Of a stretch of 64,000 nucleotides of DNA, positions 1 through 11,487 are shown piece by piece. The stretch's first letter is position 1. The number at the start of each line of letters is the position of its first letter. Origin of the DNA: Octopus sinensis. Its lineage: Eukaryota. A program made the position numbers and the translations under genes. The notes below the pieces were generated by a model. It had not been told where the DNA came from. It saw only the letters and a program-made list of their open reading frames with translations, and ran no database searches. Location: positions 70,618,001-70,682,000 of the forward strand of contig NC_042998.1 in the NCBI RefSeq assembly GCF_006345805.1, written 5' to 3'.

Positions 1-1378
1 GTTTGTAAGTCCTGGTGTTTTTGTTATGTATTTGTCTGAATATTTTTTTATCATGCCTAATGCACCTACTATGATAGGAATTGTTTCTGTTTCAGATTCC
101 ACATTCTAGTTACCTCTATTTCCAGGTCTTTGTATTTTGAGAGTTTCTTCATTTCTTTTAGAGACACGTTGTCATCTGCCGGTATTGATACATCAATTAG
201 AAAGCATTTTTTTTCTTCATGATCTCTGACAACTATATCTGGTCTGTTGGCCTTAATTTCTCTATCTGTGTGTACCGGCATATCCCAGAGTATGGTTGCT
301 TTCTCGTTTTCTGTGACCTTTTCTGGTGTGTGCCTATACCATCTTTTTTCTGTTGTTATTCCATAATGTTGGCATAGCTTCCAATGTATGTAGGTTCCAA
401 CTCTGTCATGTCTGTGAATATATTCCTTCTTAGCCAGGATTGGGCAGCTAGAGATAATATGATTTATTGTTTCTTGTCCATCTCCACATATTCTGCAGTT
501 ACTTGTAATATTTCTTTTCATTACATGTTTTTGGTAATTTCTGGTGGGGAGGCTTTGGTCTTGTGCTGCAATTAAAAATCCCTCTGTTTCTGCTTTGAGT
601 CCTGAGCTTCTCAACCATTGCTGGGATTTTTCTTTGTCTATTTCTTTTGCGTTTAGTTTAGTGCAGTATTTACCATGAAGGGGCTTTTCTTGCCATCGTT
701 TTATCATGGTTCGTTGCTGTTCTATTTTTAGTTTGGATTTCATTTGTTTTATAGCTTTTGTTGTTTCTTCATCATCTTCTTCTTCTTCTTCGTGTTTATT
801 AGGTGGTATGATTTCTTGTTTGTATTTGTCAGCTTCCTTAAATACTGAGAACAGTTTTTTGTTTTGCTCGTGTTTTGCTGCTATCTGGATCAGTTTTCCT
901 TCCTTCTGAAGTAGATATTTTTGCAGTCCTATGGTGGTTATTTTATAGTAGTTTTCCAGCTGTATAAGGCCTCTACCACCTTCTATACGTTGTATATATA
1001 GTCTTTCTATGTCAGATTTTGGGTGATGCATCCTAGATCCTGTCAGTATTTTTCTTGTTTTCCTATCTATTTTGGACAGTTCATTTCGTGTCCAGTTAAG
1101 GATATTGTAGCTGTAACTTATAACTGGGACAGCTAAAGTGTTGATACCTATTATCTTGTTTTTAGCATTGAGCTCTGTTTTTAGTATTGATCTAACTCGT
1201 CTATAATATTCTTTTTTTATTTTCTCTTTCATTTGTGTGTGTTGTGTCTTATCTAGTTCATGGATTCCTAAGTATTTGTAAGTTTGGCTTTGGTCTAATT
1301 CTTTTATTTCATTGGTTTTATCTAGTGTGATGTTGTTACTCTTAACTAGTTTTCCTCTTTTCATGGTTACTTTGGCGC
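1..1378 (-). mobile_element. R4/Dong-like non-LTR retrotransposon, 3' portion (RT C-terminus/thumb, CCHC finger, restriction-like endonuclease), subfamily A; 5'-truncated, runs off the window start
   Basis: Minus-strand translation gives AKVTMKRGKL...TYKYLGI (RT end), RLYIQRIEGGRGL, CRIC-x8-H-x4-C (CRICGDGQETINHIISSC), RHD, and NRPDIVV...FLIDVSIP...KLSKYKDL (PD-(D/E)xK RLE). Frameshift near 90 (frame continues TETIPIIVGALGMIKK). The 5' junction abuts (ATT)n at 1379-1408. Confidence 0.9.
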
Positions 1379-1411
<33 letters not shown>

Positions 1412-1519
1412 TTTTTTTTTCTTCTTTCAAATTTTCTTCCATTTCTTGCCGACTGTCTTCCCGACTCCTAGGGCAAAGAAACACATAGTGTATATTGGTA
1501 GGCCATTAAACCAAACTCA

Positions 1520-1815
1520 GTATACTGTAAGAGTTTGCGGTGTGTCTCTCTTGAGATGGCCTACCTAATGCATAGTAATAAGCGTATATTACTTCTTTAT
1601 ACTCTTCTCGGGTCCATTTGTTCCGCTTACATTTTTCTTTCTGTGGTGGTTGTGGTGGTGAACTTGGAGGGCTCGAGTTGGGGGATTTCCCGTTCAAGTG
1701 ACCATCCATGTCCGTATTCGGAGAAGAGTTTGTGCCAGTTGATGACTTTTCGATCCCAGGCTGGCTCTTCCCTGGGGGACGCGCTTCCAGATTAACCATA
1801 GGACAAGCGATTTGG
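1520..1815 (-). mobile_element. Probable N-terminal fragment of an R4/Dong-like ORF
   Basis: MVNLEARPPGK...KRNKWTREEYKEVIYAYYYALGRP resembles the N-terminal Myb-like KWTxEE motif region of RLE-clade ORFs (recognised from memory of the family). Separated from the RT/RLE part by ~110 bp of unrelated sequence plus (ATT)n. Confidence 0.55.
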
Positions 1816-2327
1816 TATACTGATTTAGTTTTCCTTTTAGTTTCCAAAAACATTTTGGTGCTACGATAATGTTATCATTTTTTAGCTTTGATTGGCTCGT
1901 GGGGAGACGGCCATCATTGCCGTTACAATTATAATCGTACCATTATAGCAGCCGTAGTCGGCTTATTATTGTTATTATCTTCACCATTACCACCACTATC
2001 ATCATTATCACCACCATTACCATCATCATTATCATCATCACCATCACCATCACCACCATCATCATCAATGATATTGTTTTATGTGTAGTCACAGCAGTAT
2101 CTTATTATTGTTATTTTTGTTTTTTTATCATTATCACCATCACAGTAGTGTCTGTCTGTCTCGTTGGCTGGCTTGGTGGTTGGCTGGCTGACTGTCTTCA
2201 ATGCCAGAGTTCTTGCCTGTCAAATAATTCTTTCATATTTGGTTAACAATAATAATTCTTTCATATTTGGTTAACAATTCATATTTGGTTTATTATTATT
2301 ATTATATTATTATTATTATTATTAAAC

Positions 2328-2870
<543 letters not shown>

Positions 2871-3254
2871 TTGATTTACCGAATTCAGTAATCTGAGCCT
2901 GAACGAACTAAGTTTCTTTAAGCAGCCTGCAAAACTTTAAATTGCATGAAGCCTGGACAAACTGTTTTAAACAACAATGTACGCTACTCCTTCTAAATGT
3001 GCTGAATGCCTTCTTTTTTCTTTCGTTTGTCTAATCGCTCTTACACACACACACACAGATGCATATATCTTTGATCAGATATATAAACTTTATGACTATG
3101 TAAATTTTAAGAATATATAAATGAATATAGATTTTGATTCACTTAAGTCATCTTCTGAGTGTCAGTTCATATAATCTTGAGGTAACTTAAGATTATTCTT
3201 AAATTGGTTCTTGTCTTTAGAAATCTAGAAGTCAATACTGAACACAAAATATTC

Positions 3255-3862
3255 TTTTCTACTCTAGGCACAAGGCCTAAAATTTTTGGGGAGGGGGCCA
3301 GTCGATTAGATTGACCCCAGTACGCAACTGATACTTAATCTGTTGACCCCGGAAGGATGAAAGGCAAAGTCAACCATAGCGGAATTTGAACTTGGAACGT
3401 AAAGACAGACAAAATAACGTTAAGCATTTCGGCCGGCGTGCTAACTTTCTTATTTCTTTACTGCCCACAAGGGGCTACACTAAGAGGGGACAGACAAGGA
3501 CAGACAAATGGATTAAGTCGATTGTATAGACTCCAGTGCGTAAGTGGTACTTATTTAATCGACCCCGAAAGGATGAAAGGCAAAGTCGACCTCGGCGCAA
3601 TTTGAACCCAGAACGTAGCGACAGACGAAATACCTATTTCTTTACTACCCACAAGGGGCTAAACACAGAGAGGACTAACAAGGACAGACAAACGGATTAA
3701 GTCGATTATATCGACCCCAGTGCGTGACTGGTGCTTATTTAATCGACCCGAAAGGATGAAAGGCAAAGTCGCCCTCGGCGGAATTTGAGCTCAGAACGTA
3801 GCGGCAGACGAAATTCTGCTAAGCATCTCACCCGGCGTGCTAACTTTTCTGCCAGCTCGCCG
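3255..3862 (-). mobile_element. SINE family B with internally tandem-repeated modules
   Basis: Reverse complement of GGCGAGCTGGCAGAA...GAGCTCAAATTCCGCCGAGG..CGACTTTGCCTTTCATCCTTTCGGGTCGATTAAATAAGCACCAG; the module GGATGAAAGGCAAAGTC occurs three times. Confidence 0.85.
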
Positions 3863-3967
3863 TCTTACTGAACACAAAATATTGAATATTATAGTAGCTG
3901 GTTGGTTAAAGTCTGTAATGAAGCATTATAGAAGATGGCAATACTATTGTGTATGAGAATTAAATTA

Positions 3968-4165
3968 AGGCAGCGAGCTGGCAGAATCGTTAGCATGCCG
4001 GGTAAAATGCTTTGCGGCATTTCGTAAGTCTTTACGTTCTGAGTTCAAATTCCGCCGAGGTCGACTTTGCCTTTCATTCTATCAAGGTCAATAAAATAAG
4101 TACCAGTTGCGGACTGGGCTCGATGTAATCGGCCTACTCTCTCCCACCAAATTGCTGGATTTGAA
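3968..4165 (+). mobile_element. SINE family B
   Basis: GGCAGCGAGCTGGCAGAATCGTTAGC head, B-box-like GAGTTCAAATTCC, GTCGACTTTGCCTTTCAT core. Confidence 0.85.
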
Positions 4166-4425
4166 ACATTGAAACCGATGTTACTGAGTATGAAGAATAA
4201 CCTTCAAGTTCGAAATAGCTATATCAAGAGCGAGTGCCGACTTTGAATACTAATTTTGAAAGAAATTTTCCTCTTTGAATTGTTGTGTTACCAGTCACTG
4301 AATTTGTTTTGTTTGCGTTAATAATTTAATGGTAAATTTACTCACTTGAAGTCTCCCCAAATTCAGGGGAGAATACTTGCGTGGTTGGGATATATCCTGT
4401 TAGGTTGTTTGTTGTTTTTTTTCAG

Positions 4426-4589
4426 ATCTGGAAAGCTCACCTGACTTTTTCACCTATTTTCGCTTTAGTGACACGACTTCGGAACTGAAGCAGAAGCAAA
4501 ATATTACTCAGCACTTTGAAATGATTGAACATGTAGCCACAAAGTGGCTCTTTTTCTATATGATTTTCTCACAGTCAACATCTCTATAA
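4426..4589 (+). other. Candidate coding (possibly terminal) exon of an unidentified gene
   Basis: Strong acceptor TTGTTTGTTGTTTTTTTTCAG|, then a 54-codon open frame (D)LESSPDFFTYFRFSDTTSELKQKQNITQHFEMIEH... to TAA 4587-4589. No recognisable homology and no convincing donor. Confidence 0.25.
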
Positions 4590-5162
4590 TTTATATCGCA
4601 AATGTGATTTCAGGCTCAGTAAATATAAATCTTCATTTCAGATACAATGACCTTGTCACTCATCTTATTTTAACTAATATCTAAAACAGAAATCTTATTT
4701 ATTATTAATAACTGCACCAGCGTTAATGTAATAATAGAAAATTTTAAATTGTCTCCTCTAGGTTATTACAGAGCTACTAGGGTATAAAAAAAAACGAGTT
4801 AAAAAGAAAAACCCCGCTAATTGATAGCAATTGAACATTATGTCGATGTTAATATACTTCGAGCAGCCTGTAAAGAAATTTTAATTAATTAAAATTACAC
4901 CAATAATGTGAAAAAAAAAAGGAAAAAGAAAATGAAGGAAAGGCAGCTCCCAAAACTGAATTTCGCGTAAAGTGAATAAATAGTTGAAAGCGTAGAATAC
5001 AGATACTAAGTACACTGTAGGTTCAGACATTTCTGGACATACTTCTGCCTTATTAAATCTCCTTAGTAAAGTATAGTCTTTATCAGCTCCGTCATCAAGA
5101 TGATTACACACACACACGCGCGCATTCACACATGTATGTGTATATATATATATATATATATA

Positions 5163-5345
5163 CGGAGAATTCACAAAAAAAAACAACAACAAAAAGACGA
5201 AGATAGGTGGTGTAGACAACAAACAGATATATTAGTATAAAGCTCGTGAAATGAAAACGTCTTTAACGTTTCGAGCCTACGCTCTTCCACAGAAAAGAAC
5301 ACAGAAAGAGACAAGGAGAGAAAATAAAGAATGTGCAGTCGCTAG
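5163..5345 (-). mobile_element. Solo Penelope-type pLTR fragment
   Basis: Reverse complement is homologous to 33270-33465 (GAAGAGCGTAGGCTCGAAACGTTAAAGAC...CCACCT.TCTTCGTCTTTT); its 3' end abuts (TA)n. Confidence 0.7.
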
Positions 5346-5695
5346 CGATCTATCATGACACATACATACACACACACACACACGCACGCACACACACACA
5401 TATATATGTGTGTATGTATATATACATGCATACATAGATACATACATACATACATACATACATACATACATACATACATACATACATACATACATACATC
5501 ATACATACATACATACATAAATACATACATACATACGCGCGCACACACACACACACAGGTATGTCGGAGAAAACAGGAAAGATAGAACTCAAAATAGAAT
5601 TCTAAAATATGAGTATATGTATATTTTGTCAATATTTAGTAGAAGTAAGAGAGTGACTCAGGGTCCGAAGTTTCGTGCGTTGGCGTATATTCGAA

Positions 5696-5767
<72 letters not shown>

Positions 5768-6193
5768 ATACATATATATTTATATTCATATATTTATATA
5801 CATGTTTGTATGTATATATATCTATTTTCCTTATTTAATTCTTTCACTTTGATAACCAGAACATTAGCTCTTCCATATCTTTCCAGTTGACGTAATGAAT
5901 TTTCATTGTACACACTGCTAAATTGTTATCGTTTCGTTTTATTTTATTGTCTGGCGCTTTTACAACCGCGTATTTAGCTTGGTTAAATCTCTATATTATT
6001 ATTTGTGTGTTATATCCTAATCATACCATTTTTTTTTTTCATTATACTTGGGATTTTATTCTGTCTGCCTGTCTATATGTCCCCCCTCTTCTTGTTTAGG
6101 GTACGTATCTGTATCCTTGTATGTGTATATACGCGTTTATGTTTACTTACATACGCATATGTGCATCTATCTATCTATCTATCTATCTATCTA

Positions 6194-6225
<32 letters not shown>

Positions 6226-6229
6226 CTCT

Positions 6230-6364
<135 letters not shown>

Positions 6365-6710
6365 GGGTAAAGGCCACCCCCTTCAGTTATGAATGACCAT
6401 GGAATTGCATCTAGAAAGTTCCTCTCCAAGGCACAAGTCCGGGTAAGGTTGTTTGTGGAAGGCCAGCATTTGCCCATGCATACCAGCCTCCCCTCTCCAC
6501 GCCACCGATGTTATCCAAAGGAAAGGAAAGACAGATACAGCTTGGCCCCAGTGACGTCACAACTCATTTCTACAGCTGAGTGAACCGGATCAACGTGAAA
6601 TAAAGTTTCTTGCTCAAGAACATAACACACAGCCCGGTCTCGAAATAAAACTTACTACCTCGTGATTGTGAGCCCGACGCTTTAACCACTGAGCCATGAT
6701 GCACCTTCAC
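6365..6710 (-). mobile_element. tRNA-derived SINE family C
   Basis: Minus-strand head TGGCTCAGTGGTTAAAGCGTCGGGCTCACAATCACGAGG followed by TGTTCTTGAGCAAGAAACTTTATTTCACGTTG central motif. Confidence 0.8.
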
Positions 6711-6734
6711 GTGTGTGTGTGTGTGTGTGTACAT

Positions 6735-7130
6735 TGCTTGCTTGCTTGCTTATGATATCCCATCATAGTTGATCCAGGGCATTCATCCTCGTCTGTCTCC
6801 AGCACACAGTGTTTCTCATGTGAGCGGACTTGGCCAACAAGACCAATACGCGATGTCAGGTCCCCTGGTAATGAGAGCACTGAAAGTGACCCCGAACAAC
6901 ACCCGCTAGCGATTGATGACGACGTCTCCTCTTTCATGCAGCCTCTTGCGTTTGGTTTCAAATCGCTCCAACCCAGCATCATACACGGACCTCCATGCCT
7001 TGCAACTAACAGCCAGGGGTTGCACTACATACCGTGGAAGCTACAGTTCGCTACATCTTCTCTCTGACCTCACTCTTCCTGGATCTGCTCCTTGCCATTG
7101 GATCAGTCGCAGATAAGTCAAGCTGTGCTG
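6735..7130 (-). mobile_element. RTE-clade LINE 3' end fragment
   Basis: Minus-strand translation includes LTSRIGLVGQVRSHE, matching the RTE C-terminal C..C...SRIGL.SH zinc-finger end; (AAGC)n tandem tail at 6735-6751; frameshifted. Confidence 0.65.
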
Positions 7131-8148
7131 TGAAGGATTACGCGCCCTTCTCATTACTGGAAACACTTATATATGCGAACAACACTAAGTTGTATATTAC
7201 ACTAAGTAAGGTAATATACAAAAAATTATGCTCTGCTTGAATAAATAGCGGTAACTACGCGCTAACATATTTACTATGTTGAACCGAGAAACGTTAATTA
7301 ATTAAAATTTAATTTATGATGCTGTAGGCATAATTTTATTCTTTGGAAATTCTGTGTGAGATGGAACGATGTCTTCTGAGAGATGGAAACATATACTGGT
7401 TTGATACATGATATATCTACGAAGACGTATTTTTACTATCATTTGACGATAATAAACGAGTTTTCAGATATGAATCATAATTGAAATACTTGTTGTTGGC
7501 CATGAAGTAATAAGATAAACCCCAAATAAGACTCAATAGGCTATTTCAACTATTTGTTGAGACTGAGAGATAAAAATATACTACTTCAGGGAGAAATGAG
7601 AATAGAATTTGAATAAATTATCAATCAAATGAGACGCACCTTCCATCTTGCTTTCGGAATATTTGAAAAACAAAAATTAAATGAAATCCCAAGAAAATGG
7701 AAGAATATTGCAGAAAAGACGAGAGGAAATAGTAAATCAATAAAGTTAAACACAGCAATGTCAGTCTGACCAAACAGGAATATGAATTAGAAAGATAAAT
7801 TGATGATAAATTTAAACTTCAGATCTAACGATAAAAGATATAAAGATATCCATATTTAGTATATGAAATAAAGAAAGGCCCTGCCTACAAAACTTTAGAA
7901 TCCTCTTTGTACAAAGCTGTAGCCTTAACTATTTTAATGAAATTTATTGAACTTAGTTCTTTCGATATATATACCCCCTACACTAGAAACATCTGAAAAC
8001 AGAATTTCCTTTTATAAAATATGAAAAAGTAGGAAATTGATAGATAGGTAGATAGATAGAAAGAGAGAAGGAGAGAAGAAGGGGAGATGTTGAGAGTAAA
8101 TTTATGTTATATATAGATTAGTCTAATATGTAATTTTTGCTAATATGT

Positions 8149-8307
8149 AAGTTTTTACATTATTTACATTATTACATTTGACGGATATTTGTCCTCATCT
8201 TGTTTGTTTCGGCTGATACACCCTCCAGCCTTCATCAAGTGTCTTGGGGAAATTTCGAACCTGGGTTCTCATTTCTAAGGTATTTTTTGATGTTATTATT
8301 ATTATTA

Positions 8308-8360
<53 letters not shown>

Positions 8361-9131
8361 TATGTTTGACTTTTGCTTTATATTGTACAAGTTGGCTCCA
8401 AGTCTCACCCAGAGACCTCAAGAGACAACAGGTTGGAAGTTCGTGATGTTGTTATGCCTAGTGTGCCATATATTTGGTTTTGTATTTAGTGTTGTACTAG
8501 TGAATGTCTACCCCCCCCCAAAAAAAAAAACACAAACGGAAATTATGCTTGTTTTAAAACTTGAGATTACATAGAAAGTATTTTGCGTAGGATATGAGCA
8601 GTTCCCATGAGCACTATCCTTTGAATTTCTGTCATTTTGGGGTTTCCTGGTATCTGAGTTAGGTAGCGATCAATCCCTTTTGCTATCATTCCCAGGACAC
8701 CTATGACAACAGGTATTGTTTTAGTCTTCAGGTTGCACACTTTGCTGATTTCTATTTCAAGATCTTTATAGTTGCTCAGTTTTTGGTAGGTCTTGACAGA
8801 TACGTTTATATCGATTGGGACAGTCATATCAATGAGGAGGCATGTTCTTTGTTTGAAGTCTTTCAATATGATGTCTGGCCGATTTGCATCTATCTTTCTG
8901 TCAGTTTAAATGGGGAAGTTCCAGAGGAGTGAGATGTGTTCATTTTCAAGCACTGGAGGTGGTTTGTGTTCCCACCATTTTTTTTTCATGGGGCAAATCC
9001 AGGTTTTTGCAGATTACCCAGTGAATATATTGTACAGCTCTATCATGCCTGTTGAGATTATTATTATTATTACTATTATTATTATTATTATTATTACTAT
9101 TACTATTACTATTATATTATTATTATTATTA

Positions 9132-9163
<32 letters not shown>

Positions 9164-9234
9164 TTACTGCCTGGAATCGAACTTGGAATCTTGGAATTAG
9201 TAGCCCGCGCTCTTAACCACTACGCCATATGCCC
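8149..9234 (-). mobile_element. tRNA-headed SINE family E (head-(TAA)n-hammerhead-like tail), interrupted by a Dong-like fragment
   Basis: Head 9160-9234 (rc GGGCATATGGCGTAGTGGTTAAGAGCGCGGG...GTTCGATTCCAGG; A and B boxes); tail 8149-8292 containing TTGATGAAGGCTG...CAGCCGAAAC. Confidence 0.75.
8360..9056 (-). mobile_element. R4/Dong-like 3' fragment, subfamily B (RLE C-terminus + 3' UTR)
   Basis: ANRPDIILKDFKQRTCLLIDMTVP...YKDLEIE...MGTAHILRKILSM*; flanked on both sides by (ATT)n. Confidence 0.88.
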
Positions 9235-9404
9235 TACACTAGAAACATCTGAAAACAGAATTTTCTTTTATAAAATATGAAAAAGTAGGAAATTGATAGA
9301 TAGGTAGATAGATAGAAGAGAGAAGGAGAGAAGAAGGGGAGATGTTGAGAGTAAATTTATGTTATATATAGATTAGTCTAATATGTAATTTTTGCTAATA
9401 TGTA

Positions 9405-9545
9405 AGTTTTTACATTATTTACATTATTACATTTGACGGATATTTGTCCTCATCTTGTTTGTTTCGGCTGATACACCCTCCAGCCTTCATCAAGTGTCTT
9501 GGGGAAATTTCGAACCTGGGTTCTCATTTCTAAGGTATTTTTTGA

Positions 9546-9616
<71 letters not shown>

Positions 9617-10362
9617 TATGTTTGACTTTTGCTTTATATTTGTACAAGTTGGCTCCAAGTCTCACCCAGAGACCTCAAGAGACAACAGGTTGGAAGTTCG
9701 TGATGTTGTTATGCCTAGTGTGCCATATATTTGGTTTTGTATTTAGTGTTGTACTAGTGAATGTCTACCCCCCCCCCAAAAAAAAACAAACGGAAATTAT
9801 GCTTGTTTTAAAACTTGAGATTACATAGAAAGTATTTTGCGTAGGATATGAGCAGTTCCCATGAGCACTATCCTTTGAATTTCTGTCATTTTGGGGTTTC
9901 CTGGTATCTGAGTTAGGTAGCGATCAATCCCTTTTGCTATCATTCCCAGGACACCTATGACAACAGGTATTGTTTTAGTCTTCAGGTTGCACACTTTGCT
10001 GATTTCTATTTCAAGATCTTTATAGTTGCTCAGTTTTTGGTAGGTCTTGACAGATACGTTATATCGATTGGGACAGTCATATCAATGAGGAGGCATGTTC
10101 TTTGTTTGAAGTCTTTCAATATGATGTCTGGCCGATTTGCATCTATCTTTCTGTCAGTTTAAATGGGGAAGTTCCAGAGGAGTGAGATGTGTTCATTTTC
10201 AAGCACTGGAGGTGGTTTGTGTTCCCACCATTTTTTTTTCATGGGGCAAATCCAGGTTTTTGCAGATTACCCAGTGAATATATTGTACAGCTCTATCATG
10301 CCTGTTGAGATTATTATTATTATTACTATTATTATTATTATTATTATTACTATTACTATTAC

Positions 10363-10409
<47 letters not shown>

Positions 10410-10480
10410 TTACTGCCTGGAATCGAACTTGGAATCTTGGAATTAGTAGCCCGCGCTCTTAACCACTACGCCATATGCCC
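9405..10480 (-). mobile_element. Second copy of SINE family E (part of the tandem duplication)
   Basis: Head 10406-10480 and tail 9405-9547, near-identical to copy 1. Confidence 0.75.
9616..10309 (-). mobile_element. R4/Dong-like 3' fragment, subfamily B (duplicate)
   Basis: Near-identical to 8360-9056; one small indel breaks the frame; (ATT)n on both sides. Confidence 0.88.
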
Positions 10481-10603
10481 TACACTAGAAACATCTGAAA
10501 ACAGAATTTCCTTTTATAAAATATGAAAAAGTAGGAAATTGATAGATAGGTAGATAGACAGAAAGAGAGAAGGAGAGAAGAAGAGAAGGGGAGGTGTTGA
10601 GAG

Positions 10604-11195
10604 ACGGGCATATGAAACCATTCAATGTCACCACGCCCCCCCACCCCAAAGTGCATCAAGTGAAGTCCAACATCAAGACGATGCTGATTTGTTCCATTGA
10701 TGCGAAAGGAATTGTCCACACAGAATTTGTTCCTCTTGGTCAAGCTGTTAACCAGACATTTTACTTGGCAGTTCTGAAGCGTTTGTGAGACACGGCGAGA
10801 CGAAACCGTCCCGACTAGTGGTGAAGTGGAGAGTAGTGGTCTCATCATGACAATGCGCTTGAGTGTAAGACAGTTTTTGACCAAAAATGGTATGACCCCG
10901 CTTATCCATCTTCAAGCTCCCTGCGACTTTTTTTTTGTTCCCACCGAATGAAAAAAAAAACTTCTTGAAGGAAAACGTTTTGCAGATGTGGAAGAAAAGA
11001 AGAAAAAAAAACGACGGAGACGTAAAAAGGCATCACAAGAGTTCCAGAATTGCTTCGAACAGTGGAAAGCGTGTCGGGACCGATGTATTGCGTCAAATGG
11101 AGAATTCTTTGAAGACGATAAAATTATATACATGTAAAACTAAATGAATAAAATGATATTGCAAAATTTCGGCTTCTTTAGGATACCCCTTCGCG
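10604..11195 (+). mobile_element. mariner transposase 3' remnant with right terminal inverted repeat
   Basis: VKSNIKTMLICS.DAKGIVHTEFVPLGQ.VNQTFYL.VLKRL, HHDNA, APCDFFLFP-like and CFEQWK..DRCIASNGEFFE segments (frameshifted); terminal AAAATTTCGGCTTCTTTAGGATACCCCTTCGCG|TA. Confidence 0.85.
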
Positions 11196-11439
11196 TACAG
11201 ACATGCATACAAACATCATGCATCCAGGTGCAGTATGACTGACTAGTTAAGAAATTCGCTTCGCAATTACGAGGTCTCAGGCTTGATCCAACGGTGTGGC
11301 ATTTGACCAAATGATATTTTCTCTAACCTCGGTTCGACTAATATTTGGAAGGTGAAAGTTTGATGAAAGTTTGGCTGTTATTTCCATTAGCAAGTCGGGG
11401 CAAAAGTGAAAAAGGACGTCATCTGATCTTCGATGAGAT

Positions 11440-11454
11440 ACAAGGGGGGAGCGT

Positions 11455-11487
<33 letters not shown>

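Larger units (their letters stand above)
7976..10603. repeat. Near-identical tandem duplication, X-Y-X-Y-X' (period ~1250 bp)
   Basis: CCCTACACTAGAAACATCTGAAAACAG starts at 7976, 9232 and 10478. Units 1 and 2 differ mainly in microsatellite lengths. The third copy is only the ~125-bp X. Confidence 0.95.

Noticed and set aside
7500-7960. A-rich, coding-looking stretch
   Set aside because: Multiple stops and no motif I can assign to a family.
9160-9234. tRNA-like sequence (also 10406-10480 and other SINE heads)
   Set aside because: No complete acceptor stem or cloverleaf, and it is linked to repeat bodies; these are SINE heads, not tRNA genes.
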